From Alistipes sp. (GTDB taxonomy: Bacteria > Bacteroidota > Bacteroidia > Bacteroidales > Rikenellaceae), in assembly GCA_017481925.1 (NCBI GenBank), contig JAFUOK010000051.1, positions 15,311 through 79,310 of the forward strand: a stretch of 64,000 nt of DNA, written 5' to 3'. The notes beneath the pieces were generated by a model, which made no database searches, had not been told where the DNA came from, and was given only the letters and a program-made list of their open reading frames with translations. Positions 20,387 through 31,191 of the stretch are shown here, in pieces. Positions within the stretch are counted from its first letter, which is position 1, and every line of letters starts with the position of its first letter. The translations under genes were made by a program, and so were the position numbers.

Positions 20387-21376
20387 ATGCAGTTTCGTAC
20401 AACCATAGAAATAAAACCCTTTGAGCAAAAGATCGACCACACGCAACCGATCCTCTCGCTCGGGTCGTGCTTTGCCAACAATGTGGCCGAGCACCTCGCA
20501 AGGGCAAAATTTTCTATCGTGGCATCACCTACGGGCATACTCTTTAACCCCGAATCCATCGCCGCAGCATTAGACCGTTTCGACGCCATAACGCGAGGCG
20601 ACCGTGGCGCCATACCCTCGGCCGAGGAGTTGTGCTACGACAACGGACGCTGGTTCTCGTTTGACTTTCACTCCGACTTTTCTCACGTCTCGGCAGATCA
20701 GGCTCTAACCTCTATGCAACAAGCCGTGGAGTGTGGAGCGCAGGCGCTTGGCAGGGCACAAGTAGTGATCATTACCTTCGGCTCGGCATTTGTTTATCGA
20801 CTACGCCAAAGTGGCGAGATTGTAGCCAACTGCCACAAGCAGCCGCAATCGCAGTTTCAGCGCGAAATGTTGAGCGTAGAGCAGATTGCAGCACGATACA
20901 TAGCTCTGATGCAAGGCCCGCTGGCTGGTAAGCAGATAATATTCTCACTCAGCCCCGTGCGACACCTGGCCGACGGCTTGGAGGAGAACTCATTGAGCAA
21001 AGCCACCCTGCGTGTAGCCATAGGGCAGATAGTGCAAGCCTGCCAGAATGCACACTACTTCCCCTCATACGAGATTATGATGGACGAACTGCGCGACTAT
21101 CGTTTCTATGCTGACGATATGACACACCCCTCGCGCGTAGGAATTGACTACATCTGGCAACGTTTTGGCGAGGTGGCATTTTCAGATAATACCAAAATGC
21201 TTAACGAGCGCATAGAGCGCGTAGTAAGGGCAGCCGAACATCGACCTTTCAACCCCGCCGGCGAGGAGCATAAGAGTTTCTGTCGCACGCAATTGGAGAA
21301 GATTGCGCAACTGGAGCAGGAATACCCCTGCATCTGTATGGCAAAGGAAAAAGAGATTTTTAACACTTATTTATAA
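20387..21376 (+). CDS. GSCFA domain protein
   Basis: LGSCFA, SPVRH, YFPSYEI, DELRDYRFY. Confidence 0.92.
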   Translation: MQFRTTIEIKPFEQKIDHTQPILSLGSCFANNVAEHLARAKFSIVASPTGILFNPESIAAALDRFDAITRGDRGAIPSAEELCYDNGRWFSFDFHSDFSHVSADQALTSMQQAVECGAQALGRAQVVIITFGSAFVYRLRQSGEIVANCHKQPQSQFQREMLSVEQIAARYIALMQGPLAGKQIIFSLSPVRHLADGLEENSLSKATLRVAIGQIVQACQNAHYFPSYEIMMDELRDYRFYADDMTHPSRVGIDYIWQRFGEVAFSDNTKMLNERIERVVRAAEHRPFNPAGEEHKSFCRTQLEKIAQLEQEYPCICMAKEKEIFNTYL

Positions 21377-21414
21377 ATAAAATTAGTAATTTTACATCCT
21401 CAATTGGATTCTAA

Positions 21415-23037
21415 ATGAAGATACTCGTTCGATATATATTCATAACAGCCTTGATGCTTGGCTACGCTGTGGCGGCTCCTGCGCAGACATCGCCCCGATT
21501 GGTGGTAAACATCGTTGTAAGTTCGATGGGGGCCAACGACCTGGACCGCTATGCCAACAACTTCTCAAGCACGGGCTTTCGTCGTCTGATCAATGGCGGT
21601 CAGCGTTTCACCAACGCCTCATACAACTATATGCAGACCACAACACCTGTATCGCTGGCTACGCTCACTACGGGTGCTATGCCCTCAACACATGGCGTGG
21701 TTGCAGATCGCTGGTTTGACTATGTATCCAACAAACCGGTATCGCTCATTGACGACACGAAGGAGCAGAGCGTAAACTACAGCGGTGGCTCGGGCTCTTA
21801 TTCGCCCCGCAACCTGATAGCACAGACACTCTCGGATGCGCTTAAGCAGCAGCACCCCGACAGCCATATAGCAACCATCGCCGTAGAGCCTCTTTCGGCT
21901 ATCGTGATGGCGGGTCACTCGGGTGAGGTATATTGGATGGAGAGCCTGCAATCGTCGTGGACGACATCATCATATTACTCGAAGGAGTTGCCCAAATGGA
22001 TTGCCGATTACAACTACGATGATAGGAACGAGGATTTGGCCATCAAACGCTGGACGCCTCTATTGCCCTACGACAACTATCTCAACTCGCAAGTGTCTGT
22101 CATAGAGGATATTCAGAGCAAAACAAACAAGCGCATAGTGCACGTTCAGGATACACCTCTGGCAAAGGGCACAATGGATGATATATATTACCAGATGTGC
22201 TATACGCCCACCGGCAACAGCGCAATGCTTGCCTTTGCCCGTGAGTTGGTTACGCGCAATCAGATGGGACGTGACGAGGTGCCCGATATGCTCAACATCG
22301 TGCTTGACACGCCTCGTATGATAAGCAACCGCTTCGGTCCCGAATCGGTCGAGTACGAGGATATGCTCTACCGTCTGGATCGCGACCTCGAAACGTTCTT
22401 CTCATTCCTCGCCTCACAGGTGGAGAGCCCCCGACAGTTGCTTATTGTCCTCACATCGGATCACGGCACAAGTCCATCATTCAATTCGCAGGCCGAGCCT
22501 CGTGAGCGCTTCAACGTGCGTCAGGCAGAGGTTATCACCAACGCCTTTATCGGCTCGCAGTATGGCAATGGCGAGTGGGTTCTGGGCTATGTGGATCGCG
22601 CAATATATCTCAACCACAACCTCATAATGGATAAGGGTCTGACACTGGAGAAGGTACAGAACGACGTTGCGACATTCGTAATGCAACTACGTGGTGTATC
22701 GCAGGCCGTCACGGCTGAGGCTATGCGTGGCAGTTATTTCGGAAGTGGCTATGGTCGCAAGATACAGAATGGTTTCTACCCGCGTCGCTCGGGCGATGTA
22801 GTCATCAACCTTATGCCCGAGTGGATCGAGGAGCGAGACCAGACTCGTTCGATGTCGGGTTCGATGTATCGCTACGACTGTCAGGTGCCGCTCATAATCT
22901 ACGGCGCCGACTGCCAGACCACCCTGCGCGAGGAGCCTATTGATATGACCTCGCTGGCTGTGGCCGAGGCACAGATTTTGGGTATTACAGCACCTTCGGC
23001 TGCCGAAGGCGAGAAGATAACGATTATTTACAAATAG
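21415..23037 (+). CDS. Alkaline phosphatase superfamily (PafA-like) protein, probably catalytically degenerate
   Basis: Signal peptide; GFRRL, TGAMPSTHG, TSDHG, RSGDV; several metal ligands appear replaced. Confidence 0.8.
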   Translation: MKILVRYIFITALMLGYAVAAPAQTSPRLVVNIVVSSMGANDLDRYANNFSSTGFRRLINGGQRFTNASYNYMQTTTPVSLATLTTGAMPSTHGVVADRWFDYVSNKPVSLIDDTKEQSVNYSGGSGSYSPRNLIAQTLSDALKQQHPDSHIATIAVEPLSAIVMAGHSGEVYWMESLQSSWTTSSYYSKELPKWIADYNYDDRNEDLAIKRWTPLLPYDNYLNSQVSVIEDIQSKTNKRIVHVQDTPLAKGTMDDIYYQMCYTPTGNSAMLAFARELVTRNQMGRDEVPDMLNIVLDTPRMISNRFGPESVEYEDMLYRLDRDLETFFSFLASQVESPRQLLIVLTSDHGTSPSFNSQAEPRERFNVRQAEVITNAFIGSQYGNGEWVLGYVDRAIYLNHNLIMDKGLTLEKVQNDVATFVMQLRGVSQAVTAEAMRGSYFGSGYGRKIQNGFYPRRSGDVVINLMPEWIEERDQTRSMSGSMYRYDCQVPLIIYGADCQTTLREEPIDMTSLAVAEAQILGITAPSAAEGEKITIIYK

Positions 23038-23041
23038 AGAT

Positions 23042-23455
23042 ATGAAAGATCAGATTCAGGAGGATATTATTGCCGAGTTCGCCATATTTGACGAGTGGCT
23101 CGACAAATATGACTACTTGATTGAGTTGAGCGACACGCTACCCGCAATCGCACAGGAGCATCGCACCGACGACTATGTCATCAAGGGGTGTCAGTCGCGT
23201 GTATGGGTGGATGCACGCATGGAGGAGGGCAAGGTATATTTTGCCGCCGACAGCGACGCCATAATCACCAAGGGCATCATCGCCCTGCTCATCCGAGTAA
23301 TGAACGGACGCACGCCACAGGAGATTCTCGATATGGAGCTCTACTTCATCGACGCTATCGGACTGGGCGAAAACCTCTCACCCACTCGTAGCAATGGTCT
23401 GCTGGCAATGATCAAGCAGATGAAGATGTACGCTTTGGCTTTCTCCAAATCATAA
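23042..23455 (+). CDS. sufE: Fe-S cluster sulfur acceptor SufE
   Basis: IKGCQSRVW, DSDA, LSPTRSNGL. Confidence 0.95.
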   Translation: MKDQIQEDIIAEFAIFDEWLDKYDYLIELSDTLPAIAQEHRTDDYVIKGCQSRVWVDARMEEGKVYFAADSDAIITKGIIALLIRVMNGRTPQEILDMELYFIDAIGLGENLSPTRSNGLLAMIKQMKMYALAFSKS

Positions 23456-23464
23456 CATACAAAC

Positions 23465-23785
23465 ATGACACCGGAAGATATTTTAAAGATTGAGCACGAC
23501 ATAGTCCTGACGCTCAAAAATATATACGATCCCGAGATTCCCGTAAACATCTACGACCTGGGACTCATCTACGAGATCGACTTCGACCCCGAGGGCGTTG
23601 CCAACATACGTATGACGCTGACGGCACCCAACTGCCCGATGGCCGACATTCTGATTGAGGATATCAACACACAGGTAAAGAAGATTGCCGGGGTGGAGTC
23701 AGTCAATATCATCCTCACATTCGAGCCACCCTGGGATCGTAGTATGATGAGCGAGGAGGCTCTGCTGGAACTTAATATGCTGTAA
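23465..23785 (+). CDS. DUF59/SufT-like Fe-S assembly protein
   Basis: DPEIPVNIYDLGLIY, TLTAPNCP, FEPPW. Confidence 0.92.
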   Translation: MTPEDILKIEHDIVLTLKNIYDPEIPVNIYDLGLIYEIDFDPEGVANIRMTLTAPNCPMADILIEDINTQVKKIAGVESVNIILTFEPPWDRSMMSEEALLELNML

Positions 23786-23792
23786 CCGCACA

Positions 23793-24761
23793 ATGGACGA
23801 GCGCAAACGAAATCTTAACCGCCTCAAGGCCGGAGCATCATACTTCGGCTGTGGCGGTTATCTCTCTAAATTAGAACCCCTGCGCCGTCTGGAGATATAC
23901 AATACGCTCGGTTTCGAACGTCTGTCGCGCAAGAATGGCGACATAAACCGCATCTTCGAGGAGTGCGAGCAGAATTGGCAACAGACATTCTACGTGATGC
24001 TTATGCGCACGATGGGCGGTGTGGATAACAGCAAGGCTTTTTCTACTCTGGCACGTCGCGTACCGTATGCCGTCCTGCTACGAGAGCGACAGGTAGCCAC
24101 CAACGTGGAGGCTCTGCTCATTGGTGCTTCGGGCCTGCTGTCACTCTATCCACACGACGAATATATCCTCAATCTAAAACGCAACTACTCATACCTTGCC
24201 ACTAAATATTCCATCACGGCAATGGAGGCCTCGGAGTGGAAACTCACCCGCATATACCCTAACAATCATCCCATACTGCGCCTATCGCAGATAGCATCGT
24301 TTATCACCTACACACGTGATATGATGGATCGTATGCTTTCGTGCACATCGGGCGACGATGTATTTCGACTGTTCAGTTGCCAGACACTACCCTATTGGCA
24401 GACGCACTATACCCCTGCCTCTACATCCCGCACCGTTGCAAAACGTACGGGGCGTACGAAGACCGACTTGCTGGCCATCAATCTTGTGGTGCAGATGCAG
24501 TTCGCATACTCCTCATATACAGGCAATGACCGGCTCTACGCCCGCGCGCTGGCTCTGTTAGAAAACCTGCCTGCCGAGAAGAACTCTATCATCGCTCAAT
24601 GGAACAGTTTTGGGCCTTTGGCACGCACAGCCTTTGACTCGCAGGCGCTGCTGCAACTATCGTTCGAATATTGCCGCGACCGCCGTTGCGAGGAGTGCCC
24701 CGTCGGCAAGCGTATTCTTGACAAAATATCCCCCATTACGACACCACAGGAGGAGGAATAA
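23793..24761 (+). CDS. DUF2851 family protein
   Basis: P.NHP.LRL.Q, YW.THY, SQALLQL...YC....C..C motifs. Confidence 0.78.
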   Translation: MDERKRNLNRLKAGASYFGCGGYLSKLEPLRRLEIYNTLGFERLSRKNGDINRIFEECEQNWQQTFYVMLMRTMGGVDNSKAFSTLARRVPYAVLLRERQVATNVEALLIGASGLLSLYPHDEYILNLKRNYSYLATKYSITAMEASEWKLTRIYPNNHPILRLSQIASFITYTRDMMDRMLSCTSGDDVFRLFSCQTLPYWQTHYTPASTSRTVAKRTGRTKTDLLAINLVVQMQFAYSSYTGNDRLYARALALLENLPAEKNSIIAQWNSFGPLARTAFDSQALLQLSFEYCRDRRCEECPVGKRILDKISPITTPQEEE

Positions 24762-24812
24762 ATCACTTATTTGGACAAAATTGTGAAATAATGGCTACGC
24801 GAAGGGCAAAAT

Positions 24813-24843
24813 TTTGCTATTTGCGTAGAAATCATTATCTTTG
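24813..24843 (+). promoter_or_regulatory. Sigma-A promoter of secA
   Basis: TTTG (24813-24816), 19-nt spacer, TATCTTTG (24836-24843). Confidence 0.65.
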
Positions 24844-24882
24844 TTGGATAAATAAGCGAAAAAGAAAATAAAACAAAACGAT

Positions 24883-27800
24883 ATGGATATTGTAAGTAAT
24901 GTTATTAAATTCTTCTTCGGTTCGAAGAGCGACAAGGATCGCAAGCAGATCGAGCCATATGTTCGCAAGATCAAGGAGATATACCCCTCTATCGAGCGCC
25001 TCTCGAATGATGAGTTGCGTGAGCATAGTGCTGCCCTGATGCGTCGTATTGCCGATGCTATCGCCTCTGACGAGGCTCACATCGTAGAGCAGAAGGATCG
25101 TCTGGAGCACGCCGACATCTCACTCTCGGAGAAGGAGAAGATATCGAAGGATATCGAGAATACCACAAAGCGCATCGACGAGAAAATCGAGGAGCAGTTG
25201 GATCAGATTCTGCCCGAGGCATTTGCCATTATGAAGGATACGGCACGCCGCTTCACGCAGAACGAGACCGTGGTTGTTACAGCAACCGATTTCGACCGCA
25301 ACCTCGCTGCACAGAAGGATTTTGTCACCATCGAGGACGACAAGGCTATCTACGCCACACACTGGATGGCAGCAGGCAACGACCTTAAGTGGGAGATGAT
25401 TCACTATGATGTACAGCTCTTCGGTGGTGTTGTACTGCACAAGGGTAAGATTGCCGAGATGGCTACGGGTGAGGGTAAGACGTTGGTTGCAACACTGCCC
25501 GTATTCCTCAACGCATTGGCTCGCAAGGGTGTACACGTGGTGACGGTGAACGACTACCTGGCACGCCGTGACTCGGAGTGGATGGGTCCGATGTATGAGT
25601 TCCACGGTCTGTCGGTAGATTGTATCGACAAACACCAGCCTAACTCGGAGGCTCGTCGCAAGGCTTACCTTGCCGATATCACCTTCGGTACAAACAACGA
25701 GTACGGTTTCGACTACCTGCGTGACAATATGGCATCTTCTCCGAAGGATCTGGTACAGCGCAAGCACCACTATGCCATTGTCGATGAAGTCGATTCGGTA
25801 TTGATCGACGATGCTCGTACACCGCTTATCATCTCTGGTCCCGTACCCAAGGGCGATGATCAGATGTTCGAGAACTACCGTCCCTCGATCGAGCACCTCT
25901 ACAACTTACAGAAGAATTTGGTTACAAGCCTTGTAGCCGAGTCTCGCCGCCTCTTTACAGAGGGTAAGATTGACGAGGGTGGCAAGTTGCTCTATCGTGC
26001 CCACAAGGGTCTGCCCAAATATAAGCCTATCATCAAGTTCCTCTCGGAGCCTGGCATCAAGGTGCAGTTCCAGAAGACGGAGAACATCTATATGCAGGAC
26101 AACAACCGCCGTATGCCTGAGATTATCGAGGATCTGTACTTCGTAATCGACGAGAAACTGCACTCGGTAGAGCTGACCGACAAGGGTCACGAGGTGTTGT
26201 CAAAATACTTCAACGAGGATAAGTTCTTCGTGTTGCCCGACATCGGATCGGAGGTTGCCGAACTGGAGAAGGAGGATCTCTCAGCAGAGGAGAAGGCACA
26301 GCGCAAAGATCAGATTATCAACGACTACTCTATTAAGTCGGAGCGTGTACACACCGTGAACCAGCTCTTGAAGGCGTACTCAATGTTCGAGAAGGATGTG
26401 GAGTATGTGGTGATGGACAACAAGGTGAAGATCGTCGATGAGCAGACAGGCCGTATTCTTGACGGTCGCCGCTATTCGGACGGCTTGCACCAGGCTATCG
26501 AGGCCAAGGAGCGCGTAAAGGTCGAGGCCGCTACGCAGACCTTCGCAACCATCACGTTGCAGAACTACTTCCGTATGTACCACAAGTTGGCCGGTATGAC
26601 CGGTACGGCCGAGACCGAGGCGTCGGAGTTTTGGAACATCTACAAGTTGGATGTTGTGGTTATCCCCACCAACCGTCCTGTAATTCGTGACGACAGGGAG
26701 GATCTCATCTACAAGACTAAGCGCGAGAAGTATAACGCAGTAATTGACGAGATCGTTCGTCTGGTAAATGATAAACGCCCCGTATTGGTTGGTACAACAT
26801 CGGTTGAAATTTCGGAGTTGCTGAGCCGTATGCTTAAACTTCGCGGCATTAAGCACAACGTCCTCAACGCCAAGCAGCACCAGCTGGAGGCACAGATCGT
26901 TGCCGAGGCAGGTCGCATAGGTCAGGTTACAATCGCTACGAACATGGCAGGTCGTGGTACCGATATCAAACTCTCACCCGAGGCTAAGGCCGCAGGTGGT
27001 TTGGCTATCATCGGCACGGAGCGCCATGAGAGCCGTCGTGTCGATCGCCAGTTGCGTGGTCGTTCAGGACGTCAGGGCGACCCGGGTTCTTCACAGTTCT
27101 TCGTATCATTGGAGGATGACCTGATGCGTCTGTTCGGTTCGGAGCGTATCGCCTCAATGATGGATAAGATGGGCATCCAGGAGGGCGAGGTTATCCAGGC
27201 CTCAATGATGACCAAGGCTATCGAGCGAGCACAGAAGAAGGTCGAGGAGAACAACTTCGGTATCCGTAAGCGACTGCTGGAGTATGACGATGTGATGAAC
27301 TCACAGCGTGAGGTTATCTACACCCGTCGTCGCCACGCCCTGTATGGCGAGCAGATCGAGATCGATTTGAACAACATTATGTGCGACTTTGCCGAGAGCT
27401 TTATGGAGGCTCACGAGGGTATGGATTACGAGACCTTCTCATTCGAGCTTATCCGCGAGGTGGCTCTGCAGCCCTCATTCGACGAGGCGAAGTACAACGC
27501 CGCCAAGCCCCGCGAGATCGTCGAGTGGATCGTCGAGGATCTGCACAACCTCTTTGCTCGTCGCCAGAAGGCCGTTGCCGACACCGTGCGCCGCACGATG
27601 GAGGTTATCTACAAGGAGAACGAGTTGATGATGGATCGCGTAATGCACTTCCCCATCACCGATGGCCACCTGGGCTTCCACGTTCCCGTAACGCTGGAGC
27701 GTTGCAAGGCTTCGGATGGTATGGATATCTATAAGGTATTTGCCAAGATTGTACTCTTTACCACCATCGACGACGCTTGGCGTGAGCACCTGCGCGAGAT

Positions 27801-28176
27801 GGATGAGTTGCGCCAGAGTGTACAGAATGCACAGTATGAGCAGAAGGATCCGTTGTTGATCTACAAGCTGGAGTCATACGACCTCTTCTCAAAGATGTTG
27901 CAGAAGGTGAACCGCGAGTCGTTAGGTATCCTCAACAGAGCATACATCCCCACCCGCGAGAACAACCCTGAGGCTGTTCAGCAGGAGCGTCAGCAGAAGG
28001 CAAAGGTTGATGTGAACAAGTTGCAGGCATCACGTATGGCTGCCGCAGCTGCCGCCGGTCAAGCCGAGAAGTCGAAGCCCGCACCTATCAAGGTCGAGAA
28101 GAAGGTGGGCCGTAACGACCCCTGCCCCTGCGGTAGTGGCAAGAAGTACAAGCACTGCCACGGCAAAATGGCATAA
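24883..28176 (+). CDS. secA: Preprotein translocase ATPase SecA
   Basis: [34 protein letters not shown]-terminal SEC-C motif [19 protein letters not shown]. Confidence 0.99.
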   Translation: MDIVSNVIKFFFGSKSDKDRKQIEPYVRKIKEIYPSIERLSNDELREHSAALMRRIADAIASDEAHIVEQKDRLEHADISLSEKEKISKDIENTTKRIDEKIEEQLDQILPEAFAIMKDTARRFTQNETVVVTATDFDRNLAAQKDFVTIEDDKAIYATHWMAAGNDLKWEMIHYDVQLFGGVVLHKGKIAEMATGEGKTLVATLPVFLNALARKGVHVVTVNDYLARRDSEWMGPMYEFHGLSVDCIDKHQPNSEARRKAYLADITFGTNNEYGFDYLRDNMASSPKDLVQRKHHYAIVDEVDSVLIDDARTPLIISGPVPKGDDQMFENYRPSIEHLYNLQKNLVTSLVAESRRLFTEGKIDEGGKLLYRAHKGLPKYKPIIKFLSEPGIKVQFQKTENIYMQDNNRRMPEIIEDLYFVIDEKLHSVELTDKGHEVLSKYFNEDKFFVLPDIGSEVAELEKEDLSAEEKAQRKDQIINDYSIKSERVHTVNQLLKAYSMFEKDVEYVVMDNKVKIVDEQTGRILDGRRYSDGLHQAIEAKERVKVEAATQTFATITLQNYFRMYHKLAGMTGTAETEASEFWNIYKLDVVVIPTNRPVIRDDREDLIYKTKREKYNAVIDEIVRLVNDKRPVLVGTTSVEISELLSRMLKLRGIKHNVLNAKQHQLEAQIVAEAGRIGQVTIATNMAGRGTDIKLSPEAKAAGGLAIIGTERHESRRVDRQLRGRSGRQGDPGSSQFFVSLEDDLMRLFGSERIASMMDKMGIQEGEVIQASMMTKAIERAQKKVEENNFGIRKRLLEYDDVMNSQREVIYTRRRHALYGEQIEIDLNNIMCDFAESFMEAHEGMDYETFSFELIREVALQPSFDEAKYNAAKPREIVEWIVEDLHNLFARRQKAVADTVRRTMEVIYKENELMMDRVMHFPITDGHLGFHVPVTLERCKASDGMDIYKVFAKIVLFTTIDDAWREHLREMDELRQSVQNAQYEQKDPLLIYKLESYDLFSKMLQKVNRESLGILNRAYIPTRENNPEAVQQERQQKAKVDVNKLQASRMAAAAAAGQAEKSKPAPIKVEKKVGRNDPCPCGSGKKYKHCHGKMA

Positions 28177-28199
28177 TTAATACCCATAAGAAACAACCT

Positions 28200-29387
28200 A
28201 TGAAAAACAACCTTATCCGTTGGGCGATAATGCTATGTGCAATGCTCTGCACGTTTGGCATACAAGCTCAGGAGAAAAAGCAGCAGTACGATGTTGCGGC
28301 ATTTCTCTACCCCGCCTACGCATCCGATGATGTTCGCCTTCGCCCGTTCTGGCCTATGGGCATAGGAGAGTGGGAGACGGTGATGACAATGCAGCAGCGT
28401 AACCCCGGTCACTACTGGGATCGCAAACCTTTATGGGGCTACATCAACGAGGCCGACCCGAAGGTTATGGAGATGGAGATTGAGCAGGCTACCCAGCACG
28501 GCGTGAATGTTTTCATCTTCGACTGGTACTGGTATGATGGGCGTCCCTTTATGGAGACAACGCTGAATAACGGATTTCTCAAAGCCGAGAATGTCGAGAA
28601 GATGCAGTTCTACCTAATGTGGGCCAACCACGATGTGCTGAATCTGTGGGATACTCGTCTTGCCCGATTCAATGAGGACAATGTAATATGGCAGGGCAAG
28701 GTTGACCGTGAGGAGTTTGAGAAGATCTGCCGCCGTAATATAGAGATGTATTTCAAGCATCCACAACATTACAAGATTGACGGCAAACCCGTGTTTATGG
28801 TTTACGACCTGCCCAACCTGATTAACGGGCTGGGAGGCATCGAGCAGACTGTCGATGCACTGCAGTGGTTCCGCCGCGAGGTGCGCAAGGCTGGATTCCC
28901 TGATGTAGAGTTGCAGTTTGCGATGTGGTCGGTAAATCTGAATTACAGCGGTCTGGACGCATCGAAGAGTGACAATCCACAGGATGACTTCATCCGCAAA
29001 TTGGGTTTTGACTCTTCAACACACTACCAGTTTGTCCACTTCACCGATGTAAATCGCGACTACGCAGAGATCGTCGAGGATGCCGAGGCCGAGTGGAATA
29101 GAATAAAAGGAGAGTATTCGTTCAAATATTACCCTCACGTGAGTGTCGGTTGGGACAACAGCCCACGCACGGCAGAGAGTGCGGTGGTTAAGAACAATAC
29201 ACCTGAGGCCTTCGCCGAGGCTTTGCGCAAGGCTAAAACCTATGTGGATAAGCACGACATCCACCCGCTTATTACAATCAACAGTTGGAATGAGTGGACC
29301 GAGACCAGCTATCTGCAGCCGTGTAACATATATGGCTATGGCTATCTGGAGGCTGTAAAAAAAGTTTTTATTGACGAAGAGAAATAG
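28200..29387 (+). CDS. Secreted GH99-like / WbsX family carbohydrate-active protein
   Basis: Signal peptide; P.WGY, FIFDWYW, MWANHD, GWDNSPR, INSWNEWTE. Confidence 0.82.
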   Translation: MKNNLIRWAIMLCAMLCTFGIQAQEKKQQYDVAAFLYPAYASDDVRLRPFWPMGIGEWETVMTMQQRNPGHYWDRKPLWGYINEADPKVMEMEIEQATQHGVNVFIFDWYWYDGRPFMETTLNNGFLKAENVEKMQFYLMWANHDVLNLWDTRLARFNEDNVIWQGKVDREEFEKICRRNIEMYFKHPQHYKIDGKPVFMVYDLPNLINGLGGIEQTVDALQWFRREVRKAGFPDVELQFAMWSVNLNYSGLDASKSDNPQDDFIRKLGFDSSTHYQFVHFTDVNRDYAEIVEDAEAEWNRIKGEYSFKYYPHVSVGWDNSPRTAESAVVKNNTPEAFAEALRKAKTYVDKHDIHPLITINSWNEWTETSYLQPCNIYGYGYLEAVKKVFIDEEK

Positions 29388-29389
29388 AT

Positions 29390-29824
29390 ATGGGATATCA
29401 GGAGGAGAAACAACGTCAGTTAGATATGCGCTACCTGCGTATGGCACGTGTATGGGCCGAGAACTCATACTGCGTACGCCGTCAGGTGGGAGCCCTTATC
29501 GTCAAGGATAAGATGATTATCTCGGACGGCTACAACGGCACGCCCTCGGGCTTTGAAAACATCTGCGAGGATGAGGTTACGGGCAAGACTAAGCCCTACG
29601 TTCTGCACGCCGAGGCCAACGCCATCACGAAGGTTGCCAAGAGCGCCAATAACTGCGACGGCTCGACGCTATACATCACCGCCGCGCCCTGCATCGAGTG
29701 TTCAAAACTGATCATCCAGGCTGGTATCAAGCGCGTAGTATATTGCGATGACTACCGCTCGGAAGACGGTCTGAAACTCCTGCAACGAGTTGGCATTGAA
29801 TGTGTAAAGTGCGAGATTGAGTAA
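29390..29824 (+). CDS. dCMP deaminase (ComEB family)
   Basis: GYNGTP, HAEANAI, PCIEC zinc motifs. Confidence 0.93.
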   Translation: MGYQEEKQRQLDMRYLRMARVWAENSYCVRRQVGALIVKDKMIISDGYNGTPSGFENICEDEVTGKTKPYVLHAEANAITKVAKSANNCDGSTLYITAAPCIECSKLIIQAGIKRVVYCDDYRSEDGLKLLQRVGIECVKCEIE

Positions 29825-29829
29825 TAGAA

Positions 29830-29951
29830 AGAACGTGTCTAACAAGGTGATTTCTGCGTTACGCTTGCCCTTAAAATGCTCATTTACGCCGAGTAAACTC
29901 CGCTTTTGCGGGCTTCGCCGGCCTTGAAATCCCTCTTTTTATACACGTTCT
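29830..29951. repeat. 122-bp palindromic intergenic element, ERIC-like / MITE-like
   Basis: Imperfect ~25-bp terminal inverted repeats (AGAACGTGTcTAAcAAGgtGATTTC ... GAAATCccTCTTttTAtACACGTTCT) and a nested central hairpin TTTAC-GCCGA-GTAAA. Confidence 0.65.
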
Positions 29952-29960
29952 GAAAGAATT

Positions 29961-29992
29961 GGGGCTGTTCAACGTACTTGTTGGACAGCCCC
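29961..29992. terminator. Hairpin between convergent genes, probable terminator
   Basis: GGGGCTGTTCAAC / GTTGGACAGCCCC stem. Confidence 0.65.
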
Positions 29993-30005
29993 TTGTTATG
30001 ATATG

Positions 30006-30476
30006 TTAGTTGTTGTTGCGTATGCCCGAATAGTGAATGTGCATCAACTTCCAACCTCCCTTCTCCTTACGGAAGATCTGCGTCTCGCGGCCACGCGATC
30101 TACGCTCTGAGCCATCCTTACCCACAGAGTCGAACGTCCAGGTGAACTCGGCCCAAGCCGATTTACCCTCAATAACAATAATCAGTTCATCCTTACGCAG
30201 GTTGCGCTTTGCAAAACCATTCTTGAAACTCATCACAAGCTTGTCACGCACCTCTTCATAACCCGAGAAACGCCCCTGCGGGCCGATGAACGAGGCTCGC
30301 TCGTCGTGCGACCATATCTTACCGACCAACTCCAGATCACCATCATTGATGGTCTTGATATAGGCATCCACAATAGCCTCCACAGCCTTGCGCTCCGACT
30401 CCGAGCCACCGCGAGCAAATGCCACCGATGATACAGCAAACAACGCTACAAGCGTTACAAATAAAATCTTTTTCAT
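30006..30476 (-). CDS. Secreted NTF2/SnoaL-like protein
   Basis: Signal peptide; GRETQIF..GGWKLMHIHYS C-terminus; TATCTTTG -7 element at 30502-30509 (minus). Confidence 0.82.
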   Translation of the reverse strand: MKKILFVTLVALFAVSSVAFARGGSESERKAVEAIVDAYIKTINDGDLELVGKIWSHDERASFIGPQGRFSGYEEVRDKLVMSFKNGFAKRNLRKDELIIVIEGKSAWAEFTWTFDSVGKDGSERRSRGRETQIFRKEKGGWKLMHIHYSGIRNNN

Positions 30477-30597
30477 ATCTCGTTTTCTTTAAATTTATGA
30501 ACAAAGATAGCGTGCATCAGCGCCAAAAACAAGATGGCACTAAAATGTAAGTAAGTTACATTTTGGTAACGATTGCACTATATCAGCGCATTATAGA

Positions 30598-30629
30598 TAA
30601 AAAAATCTGCCCGAAACTTCGGACAGATT
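30598..30629 (-). terminator. Intrinsic terminator after ssb
   Basis: AATCTGcCCGA / TCGGaCAGATT stem with U-tract on the minus strand. Confidence 0.65.
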
Positions 30630-30651
30630 CTATTGCATACCTTTATTATAA

Positions 30652-31137
30652 TTAGAACGGCAGATCGTCGGGATCATCCTGCGGTGCCGGAATTGACTGC
30701 GACTGTGCAGGCTGTGCTGCGGGCTGTGCATACGAAGCACCGCTGGGCTGGGAGTATCCACCCTGCTGGGGCTGAGAGTAACCGCCCTGCTGACCCTGCT
30801 GATTATCCGAACGACGACCAAGGAGTTTCATATCGTCGGCCATAATCTCTGTAGTATAACGCTTGATATTATCCTTATCGGTCCACTCGCGAGTACGCAG
30901 ACGACCCTCGATATAGAGCTGGCTACCCTTACGCACATAGCGATCCACCACGTCGGCCAAGCCACGCCACAGCGTGATTGTATGCCACTCGGTATAGTCT
31001 GAAGATTCGTTGGTTTGACGATTATATATACGCTCCGTTGTAGCCAGACGCACACGGGCAACCTTAACACCCGATTCGGTTGTGCGAATCTCGGGGTCGA
31101 GGCCCACATTACCCACCAAAATAACTTTATTTACCAT
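30652..31137 (-). CDS. ssb: Single-stranded DNA-binding protein
   Basis: MVNKVILVGN, TEWH, KGSQLYIEG, acidic DDLPF tail. Confidence 0.97.
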   Translation of the reverse strand: MVNKVILVGNVGLDPEIRTTESGVKVARVRLATTERIYNRQTNESSDYTEWHTITLWRGLADVVDRYVRKGSQLYIEGRLRTREWTDKDNIKRYTTEIMADDMKLLGRRSDNQQGQQGGYSQPQQGGYSQPSGASYAQPAAQPAQSQSIPAPQDDPDDLPF

Positions 31138-31191
31138 ATATTTCTCTGTTTTTACATTCAACTTTTTCTATACCCCCCCCTGGTATTGGTG

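Noticed and set aside
23793-24761. DUF2851 protein seems shorter at the N-terminus than homologs I recall
   Set aside because: No frameshift or upstream remnant; starts 7 bp after the previous gene, so not called a pseudogene.
31173-31180. C8 homopolymer between lpxK and ssb
   Set aside because: Short, intergenic and not in an identifiable promoter spacer; no support for phase variation.
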